64,000 nt of DNA from Ruditapes philippinarum (taxonomy: Eukaryota), in contig NW_026855598.1 of the NCBI RefSeq assembly GCF_026571515.1, positions 1 through 64,000 on the forward strand, given 5' to 3'. Both the position numbers and the translations under genes were made by a program. The notes beneath the pieces are model-generated. The model was not told where the DNA came from, did no database searches, and saw only the letters and a program-made list of their open reading frames with translations. Shown piece by piece: positions 22,429 to 36,200 of this stretch. How positions within the stretch are numbered: the first letter of the stretch is position 1; each line of letters opens with the position of its first letter.

Positions 22429-22555
22429 TCTCAGGTAAGTCCCGAAACGAAATTCTTTCGCGAAAAAGAATTTAAAAATTAAACGAGACTTACCTTGGTT
22501 AAGTTGAAGTTTGATTTCAATTCTTTGAGTAAGAATTGAGTGAGGGGCTTAACTG
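22429..22555. repeat. DIRS internal complementary region (ICR)
   Basis: 22429-22470 is the reverse complement of the left end 18125-18166; 22471-22555 is the reverse complement of the right end 22665-22749. Confidence 0.95.
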
Positions 22556-25500
22556 CCACCCTCCCTCCCTACAGGAATTTAAATTTAGAAAATACATTCT
22601 TATAATTGTTACTAATGGGAAAAAACACTGTTAAGGAGTGAACTGCGCATGCGCAACCGTATCTCAGTTAAGCCCCTCACTCAATTCTTACTCAAAGAAT
22701 TGAAATCAAACTTCAACTTAACCAAGGTAAGTCTCGTTTAATTTTTAAATTTTTAGGTGACTGTGTCAAAGGTCACATGGGCTTTTACAACAATAAGCTT
22801 GTCTGCTCAAATGTTTAAGGTCCTCAGTGTATTGATTTTGACATTTTCATATTTGAAGCATGTAGATTACATAACACCAATGCTTTGGCTTACTTACCTT
22901 AGCTTTGGCAGGGCTCTAAATGGCCACTGTTGATTCTGACAAAGTGGTATGAAGGGGTATTCACGCCAAGACAGTGGCAGTTCTAGTTAATGAACAGTTT
23001 TAAACTGTAACGTAATTGTGCATTGAATGTTGTTATCCATTTCCTTTATACATCTACTTAACAACCGCTCACAGGATGGTTTTAAGTAACCATCTACTGA
23101 ACTAATGTTATATATTATATTATAATAAGTGGTCATTTGAAGGCCACCTAATTTATCTCTAAAAATCATGTCAGAAACTTTGATGCCCAAAGCTGCAATT
23201 TGCTTGACACCAAATTTTATTACCTATCAAGTGTTAGAATATTTTTTAAATATTGATATACATCCTTACTACAAGTGTTACAGGCAATTGCTATACTTCC
23301 TGGTTTTATATACAAAAAGACTGTGCCATTACATTAGTTTCTAGAGTTAGCCAGAAAATAGCTCTAATCAATCTATTACTTCTTGCTTGTGGTTAACGGG
23401 ATTGTATAAGTTTTTACAATATGGCTACCCCTAATGATGGCAAGTTAGTTGGTCAACAAATAAACTAAAACAGAAGTCTAGTGTAGGAAAGCTGATTTTA
23501 TTACAAACAGGTTATATGGTTATATGATGGTTACAGTGAACTCTTAAACAAGTACAACAATGTGAAAACAGCAAACAGTAAACCTGGTGAAATTATTGCC
23601 CAGTAATTGTGAGCTACACTACTGAGGACAAAAGTCATGACCACAATGAAAACATAGAAACACTTTTATGGAACAAAAAAAGTATTTCCTCTAAGATCCT
23701 TGAATAAATATACAAAGAGGTGATTTTAAATAATGTCATCAGACTCGAAGAGACTGTTTCCTGTAAGTAAATAAAGAATTTTTACATAAAATGAACAACC
23801 ATTAACTACCCTGGGCAGGTGGATTTCAGGTTAAAAAAAAATACAAAAATATTAACTTGAAGGAATCAGAAACTAGGACAAGGTCTATGTACAGGATAAT
23901 TATACTGAAAAAATCTAAATAAACCTTTTTTGATAGCATTTGCTTTATTACAGACATGTTCATATTTGTCCTATTTTTTTTCAATAGAAGTCATTACATG
24001 TTTACACCAATATTATAATATTCCCCATTATTCCTATAAAGTAAAACTTACTTTAGACAGAACAAGTAAAACACAGAAAAAAATCCCAATACAAATAACC
24101 TCCCATATAAACTTTGCACACAGCATAAATGATTATATTAATATTACCATTTAATAAAACATCATTCCACAGAAAAAGAAAACAAACTTTATCATAACCC
24201 AATACACGACCATACAACATAAATCTGTAGAATAAAAGAAAATCTGAACCACTACTTATATCCCACTTTAAATATAACAGAAATATAACATTTTTATTTA
24301 TGACCCGCATTTCATTAAACATCTAACTTAAAAACTGTTCAAATGTTATAGCAAACAATATAAAAAAATTAATTAAATCATAATATAAAGTACCAGAAAA
24401 TCCCAACAAACCATGTACGAAGTAAACTAATGAAATAATCACCACATCTAAAACAATTCTTAATTTAGTTCTAATATTTCTTATGTAAATCTTATTTCAT
24501 TTTACATGAATACAAATAAATCATATTCTACATCTAATAGAAAAATCTTAAACAGAAGATCAGGGAAACAAATAAACAATCTAAAATGTCAGAATTTAAA
24601 TACAATATTTAAAACGGAGAAGATATAAAATCTGGCAAGAATTTTGTATACATGTGTATTTTTATATTGACATGGTATGTCAACTATATTTGTGCATATT
24701 ATATAATTTAATACTATATGTCTGTATATTTTGTTAACAGAATCATATCTGTGTCCCAATCATTATAAACAGTAAATTGAATTCTTATTATTATCAAGAA
24801 ATTTAGAAACATTTTTAACGGTATATGTATACAATTACAGATTTACTTAATATAAAATGTGATATAAAGCTGCAATTTAAATTTTATCAACCAAAAAATC
24901 GATCAGTCTCAGAATATGCTTTACACAGTACAAAAACTGCAGAGCAATTTAACAAAATAATGTGTATATAACAACTCCCCCATTGTCTTAAGCTTTAAGC
25001 CTAGTAAACTTATCATATAGGATTTAAAACATATCTGCACATAAAATTCTCAAGCCAAAATGTCAAAATTAATGTTAATTTTTAAAGTACATGTCCAATA
25101 ACTGGGTTCACATGTAAGTTTTGAAGTAAAAAGCACAAGATCAGTCAAATTGATGAATTTATAAACACAGCACACATGATTATATACAATACTACAAACT
25201 TTATAACAATTCTTAATAATAATATGTAAAATGTCTTTCATTTCTTATTTTACAGAATAAAATTATAGATTATTTTGCAAAGTCTTTTCAGCAAAATGTC
25301 TATATCAATAATGTTTGTTTTCTTAATGTCATTAACCATTCAATGTTGATTTACCATACTTAAGATAGAAATATAATATGAAATGGACGTCTGATTTACA
25401 GCAAACTGTGCAGAAAATGATCAAAATGACACTGGTTAATGTTAAAAGATATTTCATTTATAATCAATTCAAAATTATGAAAATTAATTACTATATACAC

Positions 25501-26396
25501 ATGAACCTCTGTCTTTATCAAAAAGCTATCTTTTTCACCTCCTTTAATCAATATCAACTGTCATCTGAATTATTATAATAATATGCAAACTTATAATACA
25601 AGGAGTATACATGGATACATTTTACAAATTTATATACGAGTTAAAATACAACTTCAAATATACCATCATATATTTGAATAAGAGACTCTACATGAAACAT
25701 ACTTCAACTCCATAAGTAAAAGGATTTCTTATCAATATTCTACAACATTAAACAGGAATTTTCAAAAATACATGTATATAACTATACATGTTCATTTACA
25801 CAGAAAAACAAATGATAATAATACATTCATATACATAAATATAATGCATGTTCAAATACTTCCTAACTGAAAGGTATTTAATATGGTAAAAGTAAGTTGT
25901 AAATACATAATATAAAGATGAAGATAAATATAAAGGCACTATTTCTTGTTTTCAAAAATAAATCTATCACCTCAATAAATAGTTTGAATCAATGGACAAA
26001 CTTTATACACAGAAATAATACAAAGTATTCAAATCTCAATAAACATTTTTCTTCTGCAAACCATAGTGCAGTTTGCCAAAAAGAACTAAATTTAGAAGAA
26101 AATAAAACAGCTAAAAATTGCCAATTGACAACATTTATAGAAATCAGAGACAAAATATCTTATAAAGCTGTAAAATTAATATAATATACCCATTTACCTT
26201 TAATTGGATTTATAGATGTTGTGTCAGTGTGTGAAATCACAATACGTGTAGTATATGACAGGATTTTAAATAATAAATAGTTTATGCACACCTATGATAC
26301 TATTTATATAACAGAAGAAAAATGTTACATTAATTGTAACAAATTATTTACTTTTCTTGTTTTGAAATTTCACTTTCACTGAATGCCAAAAAATTA

Positions 26397-26698
26397 ACAA
26401 GACTACTGCATGTGGTGTTAACACTTGTCTGTTAAAATAAGCACTTATGACAAAAAATTTAGTTACTTTAAAAGTTATAAAGGGGCATAACTCCAAAAAT
26501 ATAGCTTTCAGAATTATGCACCTTGTCTTAAAACTGCCTCTAGTCATGATAAGCAAGTTTTCCAAGTTTCATATAGATACCTCTAATATTGTTTGAGTTA
26601 TGGGCTACATTAAAGTTTTTGCATGACAACAAAGACAACGACGATAACAACACATTGATCATAATAACTCAACTTTTCTTCAAAACAGACGAGCTAAT
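26397..26698 (-). mobile_element. Short degenerate Helentron/DINE-like element
   Basis: AACAAG...GAGCTAA termini, one core unit (AAGGGGCATAACTC...), (GAC/AAC)n microsatellite. Confidence 0.55.
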
Positions 26699-27294
26699 AA
26701 AAACTTACATTTGTCATAACCTTTTACATACAAGGATGAAAATGTCTGAATAATTATACACTACTTTAAAAAGAATTTTTTTTTGGCCTACCAATATGCT
26801 ATATAAATTCTCATATTGGTTTAACATATATATATACTGTATATCCATTTATACTCTGCAATATCAATCATTTCAACAAAAGACAAAAAGGTTACATATA
26901 ACATAAAAGTCGAAGTCAAATAGAAATCCATGTAAATAACTTTTTTCAAACATATATATACAGAACAACAAAATATACATTAAATAAAATTATATATGTT
27001 AGGAAACTCCGATTTCCTAGTCACCACATAATAGTTCTCTCTAAAAATGTCTTTAGTATTACCATATGTAAAACTAAAAACATTCAAAACAATTCAAAAT
27101 GAATTGATGCTTTTACTATCTATGAAGTAGTTTTAAAAAATCACTTATTTCTCAAATTCTTTTAACAATTGGTGTTATTCAATGTATTTGCATGTATAAC
27201 TACATACAACTATTAAATTGTCTTCAGTTTAAATGTAAGTAAACATATGTCTACATAAAGCTGTTGTATATTATTGTGTATATATGAAGTACTA

Positions 27295-30200
27295 CTACAT
27301 TGACATAGACTTGAGAAAGGCATCTGCTGTAACAATCCTTCCAGTGTTTCCATAATCAGCCAACAATTTGGCCCACAATGCATCACATCGTAACAGCTCA
27401 TCATTACCTGAAATATAACAAGCAAATTCTTCTGTTACTGCTCGTGCATTGTTACATGAATTGTGAGTTCCTTAAGTTGTAAGGATATATATTTATAATA
27501 GCAATGATAGTTTAAATGATTAAATAAATCAGTAAAGATTACCTGCTACCTTGCCATGTTTGTATGAAATGTCTAGCTTTGAATTAAGAATTGTTAGGTT
27601 AAGTTTCTGGTATTTCATGAAAAACTACTAAAACTGAGCAACCATCAATAAAGGCAATTTCTTGTCTGACTGACCTAGCACTTGTGTTGTCATTTGTGCT
27701 GTCTAACCAGACTCTATACTGCTGACCTCTTAATTTCATCCTGAAATCACTTTAACTAACAATGGACTGGTCCAAACTCTAACTAGGAAAAGTCCATTTC
27801 ACACATTATGTAGAGTAAAGCTTAAATAGCATGCTTTTAACTTTTCAAATCATGTCATTTTGTAACAGTACATAATTTAAATTTATTACTATGTTAAACA
27901 AAGAAAGAAAAGAGTACATGTATTAGAATCAGCGAAACAAACTGTAGATGACTTACCAACAATGATCAGTCCTTTCTTGGCCCTTGTTAAAGCTGTAGTC
28001 ACTATAGCTTTATCAACAAGTTGACCTAGTTTTGACAACTTCCATTTCTTATCTGGATACCTTTCTATACTTGGATTTGCAACAGTTCTTACTGTACATA
28101 AGATCACGTAATCAAACTCTTTACCTGTAATACAAAAATATATATACATTACATAATAAATAAAGTACTCAATACAATTCTGTGACAACAATGATCCATT
28201 CTAAAAGAATTATGTTTTATTTATGATATTTTGAAACTTTACAAACAGATCTCACTTTATCTACAGACCTAAATGTTTATTTAATACAGGCTAACAAAAC
28301 ATATTGCTAAAGGTGAAGGATCCTTTCCAAAACTGCATGTTCAATGCAAATCATATAGGAAAATGTAAAAATCTATTTTAAGCATCAGTGACCTTGACCT
28401 TGATGCTGTGACCAAACACTCCTCAAAAGTTATAAGATCATCCATAACTACCAAACAAATACATAAGATAACAGTCAATAAATGAAGTTGCTACTGCAAA
28501 ACCATGGAAAAATTGAGTGAATTTCTTTTGGTAGAACACAAATGTACAGTATTAATTATTACCTTGTGACTCTTCAACTGTGAGACAAGAAGGTGTGTTT
28601 CCTACACTAGATAGTTTTTTGCTGATGATAACACGCTGGGCTCTAGTTGTACAGATTACTGCAACATTATTTGCTGGTACCTGGTAACTTGTTACTAATG
28701 CAACTGCAATCCTTACCTGTAAAACATATGAAATCAATTTAAATCATGTTAAAACAAGTAAGAACACATGGCAAAAATGTTCTTTTCTGTGAATTATCAC
28801 TTAAAGTTCATTGAGAAATATTTAAGACCTTATGCCTCTATCACTTTTATATACGGTAGAAAAATAAGATAAACAACAACAAATGCATAGGGCCTAAATT
28901 TTGCAAAAATGAATGATTTTAAAAACCCTGACAACATGCAAAGGGCACTTGCTGACAATAATTCTGTGAAGTTTTCAAATCCTGATAATATGTGCCAGGC
29001 ACTTGATGACGAATAGTTCTGTGAAAGATTGGTTCAAATCCTTTAAGACATGTAAAAAGAGTGGCATGTAGATAGAGATGTTTTCTACACATGTAAATAA
29101 AATTAACAACAAAGGGCCATTATTCTGCCAAAAAAATTAAAAGCAAAAATGTTTTAACTTCCTCATTAACCAAATGTTACCACAAGGTACTTACAGAAAA
29201 GTCAGCCTGATCAGTATTACATATAGAATGTTCCCTCTGTGAACTTAGATCAATGGCTTGAGTTCTCTCGGACCCCTTCAGTTTACAGAATGCCACTGGT
29301 TTAGTTCTTCCCGCTGGCCAGTTTAATATAGATGGCTGCCTCTGGTTCATTGTACCACACAATAAACGACCTTCATAACTATTCTTAGATGGAAAATCCA
29401 CAATACCTTCATGCTACAATTAAACATGATAACCTTATTCTTTTCTTCCTTAATATCCTCCAGATATGCCAATGTATTTCATTCAAATAAAACTTGAGAA
29501 AAATGTACTAAGAACTTAAGGAACTAAAAAGATTCAAGTCATAATTTACATGTAATGTGCTACTGACAACTGATTTTGCAGTCTTTATTACCATATTTCT
29601 ACTGGGTGATTATTGCAGTAAGGGATATTTTGGCATATTTTTATTTACCTAGGTTACAAGTTCCGTTTGCAATGTGTAAATTACTTTCTTTGTTAACTTC
29701 ACAATATTCTAATTTTACATACATTTTCAAAATTTTCATAAAAATTAGCATGAATCTTGAGGCATGCTGCTTTAACAACCAATTACAGGCCCCCATTAAT
29801 GAGTAATGCTGGTTTAATGCCATAATTTTAAAAAGATGAAAACTTCAAGACTAGGATGCTACTTACCACTCTATACTGTACATTTAAATACACAGCTAAA
29901 CTCAGGTAATCATTCATCAAGGAGCGTCCAAGTCCAAGGACTTTAGCAGCTTCATTAGTTACATGCGGACCTATCTGGTTAACATCTCCAATAATTGTAA
30001 CCTGGCTTGCTTCATTATACAGTGAAAGTGGAACCAATACCTCAAGCTCAGAACCAGAGTTAGCATCATCTATAATTATCTGTAATTTAGAACATTGTAT
30101 ATGTAATTTGATATAGCTCATTGAAAGTTTCATGTCACTCAGCAGCAGATTATTAGTTTCGCAGTTATGTTTTGCATTTCTAAAAGAATTCAGGACAGAA

Positions 30201-33200
30201 TTAAATCATTTTAATACCGAATAAGACAACATTTATTTAATGGTGTACGTGGTAAGCATGTTAAAACCTCTATTTTTATAAATCATTTAAAGCAAGAGAT
30301 AACAAACATACAGTACCTGATGAATATTAGTGTTTGATTTGATTTTTGGTAAACCAGCAGTGAGAGTGGTACACAATATAATATCAGCTTCCCTTAATAC
30401 AGCAGCTTCAGCTTTAGCTTCATACTCACAGAACTCATCAAACTGATCATCTGATATATCATCCGGATATAACGAAAATAGTGTTTCATACTCCTGTAAT
30501 ATAAATAGTTTCATACTCCTGTAATATAAATTCTATCACTCATATATCATCCGGATACAACGAAAATAGAGTTTCATACTCCTGTAATATAAATAGTTTC
30601 ATACTCCTGTAATATAAATTCTATCACTCATATATCATCCGGATATAACGAAAATAGTGTTTCATACTCCTGTAATATAAATTCTATCACTCATATATTG
30701 TTGTATATTGAAATACTACAGTCATATAGGGACTCTCCTAGATTACTATTATTCTTTACTTACACTTCATATTTCAGAATAACTGACAATCATTTTACCC
30801 TGTACAAAATAGTTAATATTCCTTGTCTTCACTTTTAAGCTTTACTTAAAGCAAGACTTCAAATTCCCCTCACATTTTTTTCTTCTTTTTTTTTTTTTTG
30901 GTTTCACGTCACACCGACACAGAATAGGTCATTTGGCGACGTTCCAGCTTTACTGGTGGAGGAAGACCTCAGGTGCCTTTCCGTGCATTATTTCAGGCAG
31001 GAACGGGCACCCGAGTAGAACCACCGACGTTCCGTAAGCTAGCTGGATAGCTTCCTCACATGAAAGAATCCAAAGTCCCTGTCGGGATTCGAACCCACAG
31101 CTGTAAGGGGCAAGTGGTTTGAAGTCAACGACCTTAACCACTCGGCCACGGACGCCCAAAATTCCCTTCACCTGATTTCTGACTTTTGTGGTAACCTTGG
31201 TAGAATCACTGACCTTTGATAAGCTATCAGCCTTGTGCCATGATAATTAAAATGTTCCTTCAAGGATTCAAACCAACAATGACAACAGGGAAAAAGATAC
31301 AAGTTCAAATCTTACCAAATGTCATACAGTCCCAAAACCCCCACCATACCCCATAAAATATGCAATTATCTAATTAATAAATGAGCCACGTCATGACAAA
31401 ACCAACATAGTGCGTTTGCGACCAGCATGGATCCAGACCAGCCTGCGCATCCGCTTGTAATAGAGTTGGTAAGTGAACAGCATGGATCCTGATCAGACTG
31501 CGCAGGCTGGTCTGGATCCATGCTGGTCGCAAACGCACTTTGTTGGTTTTGTCATGACACGGCTCAAATGAAAATTTACTTACAGTAAGATGTTTACTAT
31601 ATGGAGATCCTGAACTTCTAATGAGATTGTACAATGAGAGGAGAGAGTAATTAGCTCTGATATTGTGCAGATTATCGGAGTTATACTGTATATTACATGT
31701 AATATGTTTAGCTGATGGATGTACAAGTTTCTCTATATGGTCACTGTATACTCTCACAACTCTAGGACAACTTGTTGTCAATGACAAAAAGTAATCTGAA
31801 ATTAAAACATGAGAAAATATGTCATAACTTTACAATAAAGGTTTTTTTCAAAATTATGAAGGGAGCCATAAGATGTCTAGCGATTGATAATTGGATGTCC
31901 ATCTCAAAAAATAGAATGTGAAAACAGGTAAACGCGGAAGTGTAAAAACCAATAATTCCAACAATTTTAAGTCCCTCTGACACTCTTAAGATACTTGAGC
32001 AGATTTACTGGTACAAGAATTTCAACCAAGGCATTTAACCAAGTAGAAACACAAACCTGTAAGCTATTTAAAAATACCCCCGATACACAGATGATGGGAT
32101 TAGAAACCATAGCTTTGAGTGAAGAATGATTCAAAATAAACAATTAAGTAGAGAATGATTCAAAATAAACAATTAAAACAAAACTGACACAGGGGCTCTA
32201 ACATGCTGAGGAATAGTACTAACATTTTACACTTAGTATCTGTCAACAAAATTCTATTTGAATGTATATGAAATTAACATACCTGTTAATATATCCAGAC
32301 TTGATTCCCTGGGTGCACACACTAACACCTGTCTTTTAGATCCACCATTAACTGTATTACGTTGATTATACATGACGGCAAGTTTGACAGCAAGTAAAGA
32401 CTTGCCAGATCCAACACAACCCTGTATAACTGTAAATGGTTGTTGCAGGGACATGTTTAGAGCTGCCTCTTGTTGTTGATTAGGTATTTGTAGAATTCCT
32501 CTACATGATTGTAGTAAACTATCAACGTCTGTAAATTGTACTGTAACAAACATTAATAACAAATCTTAACATCATCTTTCCTTCCTTACATAATGTCAAT
32601 TTTATATTATATCAACACAAGGCACATGAAATACACTACAAGAGGGCGCGTGCATTAATACACATTCAACTAGTAATTTAACGATGCTTACCACATGTCA
32701 AACACTTCAGGTAACATCTTCATCTGACAAGAAATGTTTCAATAACTTATAGCTCAAACATGGACTAATAATTTAAACAGTTAAAAGTGAAAGCATATTA
32801 ATACAAAATTAAAGTTCTTACATGTATTTGTAGGTGTTTGTCTCAAAACAATATCCTGAACCATCTTTGAACTGTGCACCAAACTTCTTAGAGAATATAG
32901 CATCATTCTATACACAGAAATAAAATAAACAAGATTATATACTTCAGAGATAGTCAGAATATTAGCTAAAGACTGAGTAAGAAAAATGAAATTTTGAATT
33001 TTTCACATCACCGTTTCACACAAGGTCTAGTTACACTTCTGTCATGTTAAATATAAGTTATTAAATCTATGATAATACCCACTGCTGGCAATACTGAACA
33101 AAAGTCAGTGGGTTAAATATCATCTATGAAACTTGTTGAATGTTGCAATTAAAAAAACTTTATTCGACTTTTAATTTAATGTAAAACTGTTATTTAACTA

Positions 33201-36200
33201 AATTTCAAGGAATATAATAATTACCTATCAGATTCTGTCCTCATGATCAGCTCTACAGAACATGATCTTCTCCTTACAATAACAGGCAGGGGCACATCAC
33301 TCTGTACTAACTGCAGCTTTAATGTAGCTGAATCATTTATAACAGCAACATCAATGATAGTGCAGTGTCCAACCCATGTGAATATACCTCCAGTGTTGAC
33401 CAGCTGGGACACCTCATCACTCAATCCAGCTTTATTTGGTAATGTAACATTGCTATAACGGATGCACACAAAGTCCGAAAAGTATGCATTACAGTATGAA
33501 GTATTGTCAGGGTTAAACAACATTCTCTGCTCAAAGTTTGAAGATAACTTGATTTGCCTCTGTCTCATGAATTTCAGAGGGAGTTTAATGCAACCAATCA
33601 TTGTATTTGATAACCCATCCTGCGTCCATTCTACTGGAACATTATTAATCAGTATACGGTCATTATTCTCAACAGCCTTACTAGAAGCTTCCAATTCTAA
33701 TATTGGCATCCAAACTTTCTGGTAACTGGCAATATCCTTACAATCAGCTTGGTTTGGTTCCATGATGTTGTGTTTGTTAGTAAAGCATGTGTCTGGATGT
33801 TGGGCATGTTCCAGACATATATCTAGATTATTAGTTAGATTCAATAACTGTATGTATGGTGACAGTAGAGGACTGTTGTTACCAGATAATGCAGACAGTT
33901 GTACTAGGAGTATCTGACTGGGTGATAACTGAAGTGAAAACTCTGTCAAATGTTTAATATTTCCCAGCTTATGAACTTCTGATGTCACATCTTCAATGTA
34001 ATTTCCAGCCAGAGCTGGGTTACTAACTTGTTTACGCACGATCTCTACAGCTGAGGTAAGTTTCTGTACCCTTACTCCTTCATCCTGCTCCCTTATTGCA
34101 ATCAGAAGTCTCTGCCACTGGAATGCTGGGATCTTGTAAATAAATCGATCAGGATTAAGCTCTCCATAATTACTGCCAACAACAGTTTGATTCTGCAGCA
34201 CAGAGTAATCATATACCCTTTGTCTCCACTTTAATACAACTTCTCCACCTTCACTGTAACATGGTGGCTCATATATTCCTAGTGAAACTAAGTCAATAGT
34301 CTGTAACTTTATCACAGACAACAGATTAGAGAAACAAAGCTGTATTTTCTCTAAGTTTGAATGAACAATGACAGTATAAAGTAGTAATGGTCTTGACATA
34401 AGTGCAGAGCTCAACTGTGACAAACGAGCCTCCTGTTCAAACTTCTTCCCATTGGAGAATGATTTTGTGACATCATTACAAATTGCTTGTATCTCAGACT
34501 GTGTATAAGGGCAAGCTTTACCATCTAAACAAGCTGACAGTAGCCTCTGTACAACAATATCCATATAACAGCTCAGTGGCTGTGTGATGTTAGTGTATGG
34601 TTTACGATTAAGGGTGTAATGGTAGTTCTCACCCTTATCACCAGAGCTACATACAAACTTCTCAGCCTTTTGGATTGATAGTAGTGTGTATAAAGCAACA
34701 GTTAACTGGGGATGGTTCTCTGGAGATACAATAATGTCTTGTATTGTTGCGAAGTCTCCTACACCAACTGCATCATTTAGACTGTCCCACAGTGTAGACA
34801 CTACATTGATTTGTTCCCTCTTGACAATATTAGACTGCCGTACAAAGTTTACTGTGTGCGTACATGCCAAGCCACATTTACAGATCTCCATAACTGAGGA
34901 ATTCAGGAAAGGTTTTGTTAAGGCAATGGAGTTTACAGCATCTGCTGCATGCTGCTGCCTCCATATTCCCAAAGTTTGTCCATCTGGTGCATCCTGCACA
35001 AACAATGGTAAAACATCAGGATAACTCCTCATAACTATCTTAGCTATATGAAACTCTGTCATCACTATCATCTCCTCTACAAGTTGACATGAAAGTGCTG
35101 TGGACTTCTCCAGTAACTTATCATGATACAGGGAAGCATTTCCTAATCTATCCTTTCTCCAAAGACGGGCAATCTCAAAGAGGACAAGTACACAACTTTT
35201 AAGATAGTCTTCATGTGCTGTGGGATCTTGTATAATATCCTGAGCTTCTCTCAGGCTGAAACTCTTCTTACAATTTATGATTGTCTTTTGAATATTAACT
35301 TGTACTACCTCTCCAGTTGGTTGAACTGTCATTAAAACTGAGAATGCTAGTTTATCTTCATCACATTTAAGGTTACAGAGATCAGTAGAAAGTCTGCTTG
35401 GTAACATATGGATTGGTTCTTCATCAGCTGGGAAACAGGCAACACCTCGACTTTGTGCCTCAATATCAACACTACTTCCTTTATTAACAAATGCAGCAAC
35501 ATCTGAAAAATGTACACCAACTTGATAATTACCGTCTCCAATCTCATCTATACTAAATGCCCGGCTGGTCGGACTCATACTTGATGAATCAATGGTGAAA
35601 CACCAACTCTCTCGAAGATTAAGTGTTCTACTGTTTAACATAGTATCAGACAACTGGAAATTATCAGGATACAGGAAATCCACTTCTTCAGCTATACCAG
35701 GATTATATGCCTTCATTAAATGATGTTCTAACTCTAAAACTTTCATACAAGTGGCCAGATCATTACCTACATTGTAAACACCAATTACAATACATAAAGG
35801 AAGCTGTAATTTACTGTCCCATTTTAGGAACCTGGTGATAAACATCTTCTCAGTTCTGTTAAAGATGTTAAATTTCTCTATGTGACTTAGTCTGACTTGT
35901 TTATTCTTTGTAAATTGGTACACAGTTACACTGTCATCTTTATTGTGTTGTATATTAGATGTGGTTACAACATTAAACATGGGAGATAATCCATTATCTA
36001 TAGGAACCATTATTCCACCATTATCTCCTACTGTACATACAATATATCTGTTGTTAAGATCAACAGCTGACTTCAGCACACCAACAACCTTCCCATATGT
36101 CTGTCCTCCTTCTTTAACAACCTCTACAACAACTTCATCATTGTTATAACCCTGACCACACATCCATCTACTTGGTATGTCTACTTCTATCCCTTTATTA

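Larger units (their letters stand above)
18124..22751 (+). mobile_element. DIRS1-type tyrosine-recombinase retrotransposon, structurally full length
   Basis: gag-like, RT/RNase H/MT and overlapping YR ORFs; ITR pair 18162-18191 / 22637-22666; ICR 22429-22555 perfectly complementary to both outer ends; ATT at both junctions and no longer TSD. Confidence 0.95.
17422..22986 (+). mobile_element. Helentron/DINE-like element (same family as 7072-7930), split by the DIRS insertion
   Basis: Same 5' end TTATACCCCCGCACAA and ~145-bp units up to 18123; resumes at 22752 and ends with the same GACAAAGTGGTATG..GGGGTATTCACGCC..AGTGGCAGTTCTAG tail. Confidence 0.9.

Noticed and set aside
31075-31157. tRNA gene with a TCA anticodon-like loop (CTTCAAA), i.e. 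a selenocysteine or opal-suppressor tRNA
   Set aside because: The anticodon and acceptor stems do not pair well, and it continues into a SINE body with poly(A) and TSD; it is a SINE head.
30950-31171. 73-aa ORF
   Set aside because: Lies almost entirely within the SINE; chance ORF.
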